Positions 41,991 to 54,339 of a stretch of 64,000 nucleotides of DNA are shown one piece after another. How positions within the stretch are numbered: the stretch's first letter is position 1; every line of letters starts with the position of its first letter. The translations under genes were made by a program, and so were the position numbers. The notes beneath the pieces are model-generated. The model saw only the letters and a list, made by a program, of their open reading frames with translations. It ran no database searches and had not been told where the DNA came from. Origin of the DNA: the human T2T-CHM13v2.0 reference genome, Homo sapiens; NCBI RefSeq assembly GCF_009914755.1, contig NC_060942.1, one strand, 5' to 3'.

Positions 41991-42792
41991 CCAGCAGCTT
42001 GTGTGTACAGGTAACATAAGAGAGATTAAGATAAGGTATTTTATATCATAAAAAGGATCCTAAGTATGGAGCCAGGAAACCTTAGGGCTAGTTCAGATTT
42101 TTCCAAAATCCAGTTATCGGCATAGTACAGAGTGCACTGTACTAGAGACAGAAGATCTAGGTTCTGAGCCTTGGTCCTCAATTTATTAGCTGCAAACCTT
42201 AGGTCAAGGCACACCACCACTCGGAATCTCAGTTCTCATGGAATCAGAGAGCTTTCCCGTCTTGTTTCCTGAGGTAAGGATCAAAGAAGTAAAAATATAA
42301 AGATGTAAACCATGAATATTACATACGAAAGGGATTCTTAGGTGACTGCATAATGACTCAGTTTGGATTTTAATACCGAGGCCATATTGAATAACTTCTG
42401 CTGCACTGGGATATTTACACTTTTGTAATGACAATGAGATGTTGAAAACAATTCTACTGGTCTAAAGAAGTAAAGACTGAAATGTGTCAAGATTGGGAAA
42501 TCAGGACACACAGGAGGCAGTCGAGAAGATGATGCTGTAAGACATCCCCTCTTAATTATTAGATTCTCTCATTGAGGTCTAGTCGAGCTTGGACATGCTG
42601 TAGTTCACAAATTCAGTAGATCCCAGGCAACATCAAGAAAGGACTTAATTTGGAATTTAAAAGAAATAAAGTTAAGAAATAATTATAATAGGAACAGTAG
42701 TGATTATATAAAATGAAAAATAAAAGTTAAAAATGATTATGATAAAACACATTGCTACATATTTAAATATTAAGTCAAAAAAGAAAATGACA

Positions 42793-45005
42793 TTTAAATT
42801 TATTGATACATAATATTTGTACATATATATGGGGTATATGTGATATTTTGCTACATGCATACAATGTGTAATGATCAAATCACTTTGAGTATTTATCATT
42901 TCTATGTGTTTGAAACATTCCAATCTTCTTTTATAGCTTCATTGAAATATACAATACGTTGTTGTTAACTATAGTCACCCTACTTTGCTATTGATCATTA
43001 ACGCTTATTCCTTCTATATAATTCTATGTTTGTACCCATTAACCAGCTTCTCTTTCCTCCCTTCCCACCCACCCACACATTCTTCCCAGCCTGTGATGTG
43101 TATTGTTCTACTCTCTACCTGCATGAGATCATCTTTTCTAGCTCCAACATAAGGGTGAGAACATAACGATATTTGTCTTCCTGGGCCTGAGTTATTTCAC
43201 TTAACCTAATGACCTCCAGTTCCATCCATGTTGCTGCAAATGACATAATTTCATTTTTTATGGCTGAATAATACTCCATTGTGTGTATATATTCATTTCC
43301 TTTATTCATTTCTTTATTCGTTTTATTTATTAATTCACATTTTCCTTATTCATTCATCCATTGATGAACACTTAGGTTGAGCCCATATCTTTGTTGTTGT
43401 GAATAGTGCTGCAATAAACATGGAAGTGCAGGTATCCCTTGAATATACCAATTTCCTTTTCTTTGGATATATATCCAGTAGTGAGACTGCTGGATCTTAT
43501 GGTGATTCTATTTTCAGCTTTTTGAGAATTCTCCGTACTGTTTTCCGTAACAGCTGTACTAATTTGCATTCCCACCAACAGTGTATAAAAGTTTTCTTTT
43601 CCCTGTATCCTTGCCTGCATCTGTAATTTTTTTGTCTTTTTAGTAATAGCCATTCTAAGTTGATATCTCATTGTGGTTTTGATTTGTATTTACCTGATGA
43701 TTAATGTTATTGAGCATTTTTAATATATGTGTTTGTATGTCTTCTTTTGAAAAATATTCATGTCTTTTACCCATTTTTTAATGAGGTTATTTGCTGTTGA
43801 GTTGTTTGAGTTCCTTGTAGATTCCAGACATTATTCCCTTATTTGATGAATAGTTTGCACATATTTTTTCCCATTCAGCAGGTTATCTCTTCACTCTGTT
43901 GATTATTACCTTTACTGTATACAAGCTTTTTTGTTTAATATAGTATCATTTGTTTATTTTTATTTTTATTTCCTATGCTTTTGAGGTCTTAGCCATAAAA
44001 TATTTGCCTGGACCAATGTCCTGAAACGTTTTCCATTTTCTTCTAGTAGTTTTGAAGCTTCAGGTCTTACATTTAAGTCTTTAATTCATTTTGTGTAAAT
44101 GGTGAGAGATAGGAGAGCTAGTTTCATTCGTCTGCATATGGATATCAACTTTTTCCAGCACCATTAATTGAAAAGGGTGTCATTTCCGCAATGTATGTTT
44201 TTGGTGCCTTTGTAGAAGATCAGTTGGCTGTAAACACATGGACTTACTTCTGGGCTTTCTGTTATATTCCATGAGTCTATCTGCCTGTTTTTGTGCCAAT
44301 ATTATGCTGTTTTGGTTATTATAGCTTTGGAATATATTTGAAGTCAGGGAGGGTGATACCTTCAGCTTTTCTCTTTTTGCTCAGGATTGTTTTGGCTATT
44401 CAGGTTCTTTTTGGATTTGGTAAAAATTTTAAGATGTTTTTTCTCTCTCTTTGAAAAATGGCATTGGTATTTTAATATGGGTGGTATTCAATCTGAATAT
44501 TGCTTTAGACAGCATGGTTATTTTAATGATATTAATTCTTCTGACCCAGGAGCATAGAATATCGTTCTATTTGTTGATGTCCTCTTCAATTTCTTTCATT
44601 AGTGTTTTGTAGCTTTCTTTGTATAAGACTTTCACATTTTTGGTTAAATTTGTTCCTAGGTATGTTTGTTTGTAGTGATTATAAATGGGATTGCCTTCTT
44701 AATTCTTTTTTCAGCAGTTTGTTATTAGTGCACAGAAACACTACTGATTTTTGTATGTTGACTTTTTTATCCTGAAATTTTGAAATTTTTTTTCAGATCT
44801 AAAGGTTTTTGATGAAGTTTTTAAAGTTTTCTAAATATAAGCTTACATCATTTGAAAATAGGGATAATTTGATTTCCTCTCTTTCAATTTGGATGTCTTT
44901 TATTTCTTTCTTTGGCCTGATTGCTCTGGTTGGAACTTTCCAGTACTATGTTGAATAGGAGTGGTGGGAGTGGCCATCCTTGTCTTGTGCCAAAGACTGA
45001 AAAGG
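42793..45005 (-). mobile_element. 5'-truncated L1MA element (3' UTR plus ORF2 part)
   Basis: ttgatacataatatttgtacatat...acaatgtgtaatgatcaaatca; ORF2 remnants such as [17 protein letters not shown]. Confidence 0.9.
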
Positions 45006-45857
45006 CTGTCACCTGTTTTTTTGTTGTTGGTTTTTTGAAGCTGGAAGGAAAGTTTAAAGATTTTAATTCAAAATATTTTTCTAAACGTACAAATATATAT
45101 TTAAGTGTCTTCAAATTCCTTTTGAACTAACAAAAGTAGTGGATTGTTAACTTATTTGATTTTAAGGCGAGAACCGTTCATTTCCTGGTACCTATTTTAA
45201 CCTGCAGGCAATCTGGAAGTGGAACTTGTCCATTCCTTCCTAAGACAGTACATTTATATGGCTTTTGATACAACAGGCTCAGAAATGCCCTTCTCATTTT
45301 CACATTTGTAACTTTGTTTAGATGAAGACGGTACATATATATTTATTTGGGGCCAAATAAAATTATCAGGAAAATTTTTTTTCTCATATTAATTTATCTC
45401 AGAGATGAATTAAATATTTTTTGTACTACTGAAAGGGCATAAAATATGCATATTTGATAACTTTATGTAAGAGTTAATTGAGAAATCAGAAAGCCTTGAA
45501 TTTGTTTTGCATTTAAACTATCCCTTGAAGCCCTATGAAGACACTATTTGGAAAAGTATTGCACTAACATTCAGACTCCTTTCAAAGACAAATTTTATCA
45601 TAAAATAATAATAGACTGGGAGCCTGGTAAACCTGACGGGCAAAGTGCAAAGCTTCTATGTTAAATTATGCTTCCCAGGCCCAAGCTGGGGTGTGGTAGT
45701 TCTGGAAGGAGAAAAGAAAGACACAAGAGAAGGAAGGGAGAGTGCCATTCTGATTTGTCTTAGGACTGGACATGATTAGTGACGTAGAGAGGAGACACAA
45801 TTTTATTTTAGTTTACTTTACAAAAGATACAAGTCACCAAAAACTGAGAAAGACTTT

Positions 45858-46257
45858 AGTATTAATCTATTTTGTGTTACTACAAAGGAATATCTGAGAC
45901 TGGGTAATTTATAAAGAAAGGTGGCTTATTTGGCTCATAGTTCTGTTGACTGTACACACAGCACCAGCATCTGCTTGGCTTCTTATGAGGCCCAGGAAGC
46001 TTTTACTGATGCCTGAAAGCAAAAGGGGAGCAGGCTTGTGACAGGGCAAAAGGAGAGGGAGCAAGAGAGAGAGGAAGGAGGTTCCAGTCTCTCTAACAAC
46101 AGGATCTTGCGTGAACTCATTACCATGGGAAGAGCACCACTTCATTCATGAAGAGTCTGCCCCCATGACCCCAACACCTCCCACCTGGCCTCATCCCCAA
46201 CACTGGGGGTCACATTTCAACATAAGATTTGTAGGGGACAAAATCCAAATTGTATCA
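45858..46257 (-). mobile_element. MST(B)-like MaLR solo LTR
   Basis: gagactgggtaatttataaagaaagg...ggggacaaaatccaaattgtatca. Confidence 0.85.
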
Positions 46258-47009
46258 GCTTCTTCTCTGGAATGGCTTATAGAGGTATTTTCCAAGCCTA
46301 ACAGAGTAAATGAAAGCATTCTCTGAGTCTCACCACAGGTAATAGAAAATGTGATTTACAACTCAGCCACTTCAGGAAGCACCTAGGAATTCAGGAATTA
46401 TTAATTTAGCAACATTTTTGTTTTTACATATTATAGAAGTGAATTATCTAAGTTATGTAGTCATGTTTTATTAATCATTTTTATGCCCAAGGATCCAAGC
46501 AGGAGTCAACTATATCAAATCTGCGGTTTACTATATTTTTGCAGGTATCGCATCAGAAGATTTATCTACAAAATATGCATGAATAAAGAGAGGAAATTCT
46601 TGAATACACAGAGATTGAAGACAGGAAAAATCTGAGCCAGATATTGGTAAGATAAGAGGATTTGTACTTTATTGAGGATCTAGCCTGAGTTAAATAGTGT
46701 GTTTGAATGAAAATATCATGTCTCTGTCTTTGGTTAGCTGATAAACTGATAAGTAACATTCAGAAATCTACTGTTCTATTTCTAGTTACCCTGCTGTCTT
46801 ACCAACAGGAGTTGATTTTACCACTGTTCTATTTCTATAGTTGCTCTGATACCTTACCAACAGGAGTTAATTTTATCACTGAGTACATTTTGACTCAACG
46901 TAAATTCTCAAGACTTGTAAGCTACATTAAATACAGATATAAATGTAGTGGTGCTTTATTCATAGAAAGATGTAATTCTTATCTCTGTGTAACATCTTCC
47001 TCTTTCTAG

Positions 47010-47073
47010 GCAAACTCAGGGCAAATAAAAGGAAACAAACTTTGCACAGCTAGGAGAAACTATGATACCAAGA
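47010..47073 (+). other. Candidate 64-nt exon
   Basis: Acceptor catcttcctctttctag and donor AGA|gtgagt. Motif evidence only. Confidence 0.2.
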
Positions 47074-47180
47074 GTGAGTAAACACTGAAAATAATATTTT
47101 TACAAAGGAATTTGAATAAATTCACAGATATTAGGTCCTATTGGGTTATTAGAAGAAAGTATTTTAGTACACTCTTTTCT

Positions 47181-47425
47181 TTTTTCTTTCTTTCTTTTTT
47201 TTTTTTTTTTTTTTTTGAGACGGAATCTCGCTCTGTTCCCCACGCTGAAGTGCAGGGGCGCAATCTCAGCTCACTGCAACATCTGCCTGCCGGGCTCAAG
47301 CAATTCTCTGCCTCAGCCTCCCGAGTAGTTGGGATTACAGGCGCGCACCACCATGCCGGGCTAATTTTTGTATTTTTAAATAGAGACAGGGTTTCTCCAT
47401 CTTGGCCAAGCTGGTCTTTAACTCC
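47181..47425 (-). mobile_element. AluS-type element, 5'-truncated by about 65 nt
   Basis: TSD cactcttttct at 47170-47180 and 47426-47436. Confidence 0.92.
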
Positions 47426-47920
47426 CACTCTTTTCTATTTTACTTTGATCTCAGAAAAGCAATTTTTGCTGTACTTTAATCTTTAGATGATTCATTCTAA
47501 ATCTCAGAGAATGAAAATGTTGATAAAAGATAAACTACCAGCCATATTTACTTTCTTAAAACAATATCTTGTAAATGGGTATTTTTAATTTCTGAAAAAA
47601 ATAATTCTTTTGAAACCACGTAGAAAAGACACTTTGTTTATTATAGGTCATTATGAAAAATCTATTTATTAGAGACACCAGTTTTAACGAATCAAAGACA
47701 CATAAAGATATAACTATGTACTGAAACTTTTGATGTTTAAATTACAAAAGTAAGATAAGAAGGCATTTTTTTAACAAAAAGTATGTTGTTATATACAAAC
47801 ATAATAGTTAAAGCTAAAGCTACTTCTTCTTTTACCTAGAGATAACTTCTGCTCTAAGTGTGGTGTGTTTCATTTCAGAGCTCAGTAAGCACATATTTTG
47901 ATGAATTTACACATGGAAAT

Positions 47921-49166
47921 TTTTTTCAGTAGATTTAGGGGCACACATAGTTTTGGGTACCTTGATGAATTGCATTGTGGTAAAGTCTGGACTTTTTAAG
48001 TATACCCATCACCTGAATAGTATACATTGTATCCAATAAATACCTGTTCATCACTCACTCCCTTCCCATCCTCCTTCCTTCTGAGTCTCCAATGTTCATG
48101 ATACTACCTGTGTATGCCCCTGCATACCCATAGCTTATCCCCCACTAATAAGTGAGAACATGTGGTATTTGATTTTCTGCTTCTGAGTTACTTCACTTAG
48201 GATAATGGCCTCCAGTTCCATCCAAGTTGCTACAAAAGATATTGTTTTGTTCTTTTCTTATGGATCAGTAGTATCCCATTGTATATCACATTTTCTTTAT
48301 CCACTCATCAGTTGATGGGCACTTAGATTGATTCCATATCTTTGCAATTGTGATTTGTGCTGTGATAAACATATGCATGCAGGTGTCTTTTTGATAAAAT
48401 CACTTCATTTTCTTTAGGTGAATACCCAGTAGTGGGATTGCTTTATTGAATGGTAGATCAACTTTTAGATCTTTGAGAAATCTCCATGCTGTTTTCCATA
48501 GAGATTGTGCTAGTTTACATTCCCACCAACAGTGTATACGGGTGCACTTTTTACTGTATGCGTACCAATATCTACAGTTTTTTGACTTTTTAATAATGGC
48601 CACTCTGACTGGGGGAGGATGATATCTCATTGTGGTTGTATATGCATTTCTCTGATGATTATTGATGTTAAACATTTTTTTCATCAGTTTGTTGGTCATT
48701 TGTATAGCATCTTTTAAAAAAATGTCTGTTCATGTCATCTGCCCACTTTTTAATGAGATTATTCCTTTTTTCTTGCTGATTTGAGTTCCTTGTATAGGTT
48801 GGTGCAAAAGTAACTGTGGTTTTTGGCATTACTTTCGATGGAAAAGCCCCAGTAACTTTTGCACCACACTACCAGATTGTGGATATTAATCCTTGGTTGG
48901 ATGTATAGTTTGCAGATATTTTCTCTAAATCTGTAGGTTGTCCATTTACTCTGTTGATTCTTTCTTTTGCTGTGTGGAAGCCTTTTAGTTTAATTAAGCC
49001 TCATTTATTTATTTTTGTTTTTGTTACATTTGCTTTGGGGTCTTAATCATAAATTTCTTGCCTAGGCCAATGTTCAAAAACATTTTTCCTAGGTTTTCTT
49101 CTGAAATTTCTACGGTTTTAGGTCTTAGTTTAAATCTTTAATCAATCCTGAGTTAATTTTTATACA
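47921..49166 (-). mobile_element. 5'-truncated L1PB-type element
   Basis: 3' UTR gatgaattgcattgtggtaaagtctgg; ORF2 C-term remnant; TSD tacacat(g/a)gaaat at 47908-47920 and 49167-49179. Confidence 0.9.
48794..48872. mobile_element. MADE1 mariner MITE inside the L1PB
   Basis: taggttggtgcaaaagtaa...taacttttgcacca; ~80-bp palindrome inserted at TA. Confidence 0.9.
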
Positions 49167-49436
49167 TACACATAGAAATATTTTGTATGTGTACGTTGTG
49201 TGTGCTTGAACAAAATGATATTATATTGTAGGTGTTATTCAGTGACTTGCTTTTTATTAAAAAGTATATTGGTGTTTTCTCCACATTGATAAATAGAATT
49301 AACTCATTTAAAAAATTGCAGCATAATTGGGATGGCTAATAATTACATAATTGCAAAAAATTGCAGTAGTTCATGAAATGAAAATGCTAAAACTTTAATG
49401 TTTACTCTTCTTTTGAGATCTTTTAAAGCATACGTA

Positions 49437-49757
49437 GGCTGGGTGAGGTGGCTCATTCCTGTAATCCCAGCACTTTGGGAGGCCCAGCCAGATGGATCAC
49501 TTGAGGCCAGGAGTTGGAGACCAGCCTGGCCAACATGGTGAAACTCTGTCTTTACTAAAAAATACAAAAATTAGCTCTGCATAGTGGTGCACATCTGTAA
49601 TTCTGGCTACTTGGGAGGCTGAGGCATGAGAATCACTTGAACCTAGGAGACAGAGGTTGCGTTGAGCCGAGATAATGCCACTGCACTCCAGCCTGGGTGA
49701 CAGAGTGAGACTCTGTCTCAAAAAAAAAAAAAAAAAAAAAGAAAAAGAAAAAAAAGT
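49437..49757 (+). mobile_element. AluS-type full-length element
   Basis: TSD aaagcata(c/t)gta at 49425-49436 and 49759-49770. Confidence 0.95.
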
Positions 49758-50569
49758 AAAAGCATATGTATTCATTGATGATAATTTAGGATGGAACCAT
49801 ATTTTCAAAAGCAACTTACCACTGACTATTGATTTTTCACTTCTTCAAAGGGTGTATTTGACAAGTCAACAATAAGCTGTACTTTCTAAAGTATTACCAT
49901 ATATGTGGCAAAACAAAAACAAAATTAAAATGTTTCCAGTAATTAATGATTAAAGTTGGGAGTAACTTTTCTGTAGAGTAAAACAAACAAAACTTTTAGG
50001 ATCTTAAAACTATGCTGTTACCACTTAAGGAGAAAACAGGAAAAAAATTTATACAACCACTTAACTTGTAATCTCTCTTTCAAAATCCAATCTTCTTAGA
50101 GTACAAATAAATTAGCTATTTGCCAGGAGACTAAAATTACACCCAAAAGCAGAGAGTGATTGGGCTGCCTGTTATTTTGTGCAATTTCATCTGAATAGCA
50201 GAACAGAGTGGCCTCTGAAGCTGCCCCAGGGCTGGTCATCTATGAAAAGTAATGTCAGAGATACATTTCTTTTTATCTGTTTTGAGAATACTCACATCCT
50301 TTCTGTCTCTATCTCTCTCTGTCTCTCTCTGTCTGTCTCTTTCTCTCCCCTTCTCAGTAACACTTTTGACTATAAGCTTTCTTCTATTAGTCACAGAGGA
50401 AATATTTCAAAGGAGAAGATTTTGGTAAATTTTCTAGTTAGTTGTTAAAAAAGATAGTTATTTAGAAATGTGCTGGCCATCCCTTAGAAAATTATTTAAC
50501 CATTCATTCTGTTAGCTCAATTCTACTAAGTTTTAATTTTTTGGAATAAGAGTAGCCAACATTAAATTA

Positions 50570-50765
50570 GTGCTGTGTGCCAGTTGTTGTCACAGTAATC
50601 CCTTCAATGAAGTCATAATATTATTCCCAAATTATAGACTAAATAAGTGAAATCCAGCTTGGTTAAATGGCTTGTTGAAGACTGCACAGCTAATAAGCAA
50701 TAGAGCTAGAATTTAAAGTCATATTGTATTGTCTCAGACCCCACACACTCAATCTTTCCATTTTA
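50570..50765 (-). mobile_element. MIR fragment
   Basis: tattattcccaaattataga; ggttaaatggcttg...cacagctaataagcaatagagctagaatttaaa. Confidence 0.6.
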
Positions 50766-51444
50766 TTAATTATATTGGTTAAGACTAATTAACTGAGTTA
50801 TGGTTTCATAGAAACATTCCTTGGAAATATAGATGCATACATTTGTAAATGTTTTCTACATGAGAGGGCAGTTTGATACAGAGCTAAATTTTTATGAAGA
50901 TAAAATGAAGGGCATCAATAAGGCAAAATAACCACAAACAAAATAAAAGTAGTAATCTTAAATGCTTACCCCTATTTTATTCTACTCCCAAAGGGAACAA
51001 CACCATATTTTATATCATTCAAATTTCTGATATCTGTGTAGAACACAGAAAAAAAAATCTGTAAGCAAACAACTAATAAAAGTAGTATGGTCATTTTCAA
51101 ACAAAATTTAGATTGATATGCTTAAAATCAACTATGCTTTTTTGATAGATAGTATCAATTATAAGAACTAAAAATAAGATCCTCTTTAAAGTTCTGAAAG
51201 TAAATATGATTCTATTTCTCTCCATTATTTTCTTTAGGATCTCAGGTATATATTGAAATCTACTGTAAGCAGTCAATTTTCTCTGTAGCTTTTAAAATAT
51301 TACCTTTGATTTAGAAATATGAATTATTACTTCAACAGTGTGATTCAAACATGGACTTCTCAATTTTCAAATCTCCTCTTTTCTTGTAACCAAAATATAC
51401 TCATTTCTGCAATTATATTTGGGTCAGGCTCTTAAATAAAGAAT

Positions 51445-53540
51445 TTCAGCCCTCCAGCAGAATGACTATCACCTGAGATGCTACTGCAACCCTTGCTGGA
51501 GTGCCATGACAATCCAGCTACCCCAGCCAGAGAGCCTCCCACCAATGGTACCCTGGGCACCAGCACTGGAGCACCTATGCCAGTGGCCCCTCCATCATCC
51601 CCTATGGAGGGCTGTTGCTAGTGGTTAGGGAAAACCTCAAACCCTCCAGCCCAGATGGGGCTTGACTTCAAATGACCGAAGAGCAAAGCCACTGACCCAT
51701 TCCCAGTCCCCTAGGGTTAAAGCAGACAGCCCAGGAGTCCAGAGCTGAGCCTTGCCCCTTGAAACCATCCAGCAATGAAGCTGTTCACCTATCTCTAACT
51801 TGCACCACAGTCAAAGCCTCAAGGTCAATGAAGAGCATAAAAACAAAAAACCCCATCCAAAGGACAGCTACTTCAAAGGATAAAGAATCATCAGCCCACA
51901 CAGATGAAAAACAAAAACAGTGCAAGAAATCTGGCAACTCTAAAGCCAGTGTGTCAACTTAGCTCTAAACCACCACACTTGCTTCTTAGCAATGGATCAT
52001 AACCAATGTGAAATGCAGCAATATCAGACATAGAATTCAGAATCTTGAGATACAAGAGAAGGATGAAGCCCAATCCAAGGAAAACAGTAAAATGATCCAA
52101 GAGTTGAAAGACGACACAATCATTTTAAGAAAGAAAGAAATGGAACCTCTGGAAATGAAAAATTCACTACAGGAATTTCAAAATGCAGTTGTAAGTATTA
52201 ACTACAGAATAAACCAAGCTAAGGAAAGGATCTCAGCGCTTGAAGACCACTCCTTTGAAGCAACACAGGCAGAGAAAAATTTAAAAAATTCAAAATGAAC
52301 AAAACCTCTCAGAAAGATGAGATTATATAAAGGGACCAAGTCTATGACTCATTGACATTCCAGACACTGAAGGAGGGAGAGCAAGTAGCTTGAAAAGCAT
52401 GTTTAAGGATATAGTCCACAAAAATTTTCCCAATCTTGCTAGAGAGGTCAACCACATGCAAATTTGGGAAATTCAGAGAACACCTTTGTGTCACTACACA
52501 GGACAAAATGCTGTGGAGAAAACGGAATACATATACACTGTTGGTATGAAGAAATTTGTTCAGCCACTGTGGAAAGTAGTGTGGATATTTCTCAAAGACC
52601 TTGAAATGAAACTACCATTCAACCCAGTAGTTCCACTATCAGGTATATACTGAAATTAAAATAAATATTTCTACCTGAAAGACACATGCAATAGTGATAT
52701 GGTTTGGCTCTGTGTCCCCACCCAAATCTCATCTTGAATGTAATCCCCATAATCTTTATGTGTGAAGGCCAGGACCTGATAGGAGGTGATTGGATCATGG
52801 TGGTGGTTTACCCCATGCTGTTCTTGTGATAGTGAGTGGGTTCTCAGGAGATCTGACGGTTTTCTAGGAGGCTCTTCTCCCTTTGCTCCTTTGCTCTCCC
52901 TCACCTGCTGCCATGTAAGATGTGCCTTTGCTTCACTCTCACCTTCTGCCATGATTTTAAATTTTCTGAGCACCCCCCCACCACCAGCCATGCAGAACTG
53001 TGAGTCAATTAAACCTCTTTCCTTTATATATTCTGCAGTCTTGGCTATGTCTTTATAGCAGTGTGAGAATGGACTAATACAACTAGTATGTTCATTGCAG
53101 CACTGTTTATGATACTGAAGACATGGAGTCAACCAAGATGTTCATTAATGGTGGGCTGGATGAAGAAAATGTGGTGTATATAAATGATGGAATAGCACAC
53201 AGCCATAAAAAGGAATGAAAGCGTGTCCATTGCAACAATGTGAATTAACACTGGAAGAGAAAACCAAATATTGCATATTCTTACTTATATGTGTGAGATA
53301 AACATTGAATACATGTGGACACAAAGAAGGGAACATGTGGACACTGGGGACTACTTGAAGGGGGAATGTGGGGAGGGGAGTGTGGGGAGGGGAGCATGGG
53401 TTGGATACCTCTTGGGTACTATGCTCACTATCTTGGTGATAGGATCATTAGTACACCAAGCCTTACTGACATGCAATATACCCATGTAACGAACGTACAC
53501 ATGAACCCTCTGGATGTAAAAATTTTTTTAATTAAAAATA
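51445..53540 (+). mobile_element. L1 (PA13-16/PB-age) with 5' UTR/ORF1 joined to the ORF2 C-terminus and 3' UTR
   Basis: ORF1-like peptides (QKQCKKSGNSK; EMKNSLQEFQNAV; NFPNLARE) switch at about 52505 to ORF2 C-term (VQPLWKVVWIFLKDL). 3' UTR to about 53535. Confidence 0.85.
52695..53081 (+). mobile_element. THE1D-like MaLR solo LTR inside the L1
   Basis: tgatatggtttggctctgtgtcccc...ggactaataca; TSD aatag/actag. Confidence 0.92.
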
Positions 53541-54339
53541 ATGTATAACATCAGTGGATCTTTCTCATTCCCCTGAAATGTTATACTAAAAAGTTACTAC
53601 TTTTTAAAAGTGCCTGGACTCCCCTGTGAAAGGTGTATTAGAAGGGTATTTTCACATTATAATTCTTATATTTGGCAGCATATTTCCTTCCCTTCTTAGA
53701 TCTATGTATCATGTTTAGTTGGTTGTTAGATTTTTCACAACATAAATAAAATGAAGCTATTAAAGAATTTCAATGTGTTATTATTCTGTGAGTACATATT
53801 AAAAACAACTCTAAACTTCAAAAGTCATCAATCTTTTTAAAAACTATACATTAAATCTAAGTTTTAAATGGAAATAATTGGTTATTTGGGTTAAATAAAT
53901 TGGCCTAATTTTATTTGTTAAAATGGATTCACTCAGGGTTTTATAATTATTTAATTATTATTCCACAAAATCAATAGATTTCCAATTCTGTAAAGAAAAG
54001 TCAACATCAGCTTGAGGATTATTACTCAGGATCATCACTTACTGCTCTGAATATCTTTTTCTACAGTTCAATCAACCAGACTAGGAATCCTTGCCTCTTC
54101 AAAGATAACATTAAATCTTACTCTAGTCCATAGATTTGACTTTTCTAGTTTGTCTTCATATTGTATGATTTTGAGTTTTTATCAATAAACTTAAATTTGT
54201 CTTGGCTTAGGTGGGTTAGGTGCCCTTGGGTGTCTTGAGTATAGGAGCCCCACAAAGGCAATTAAGTGGTAGCCACTTGACCTTTACCACGGTCAGTTCA
54301 GATATACCAAACTGCTCAGTGATAATACTGGGCTGAATA

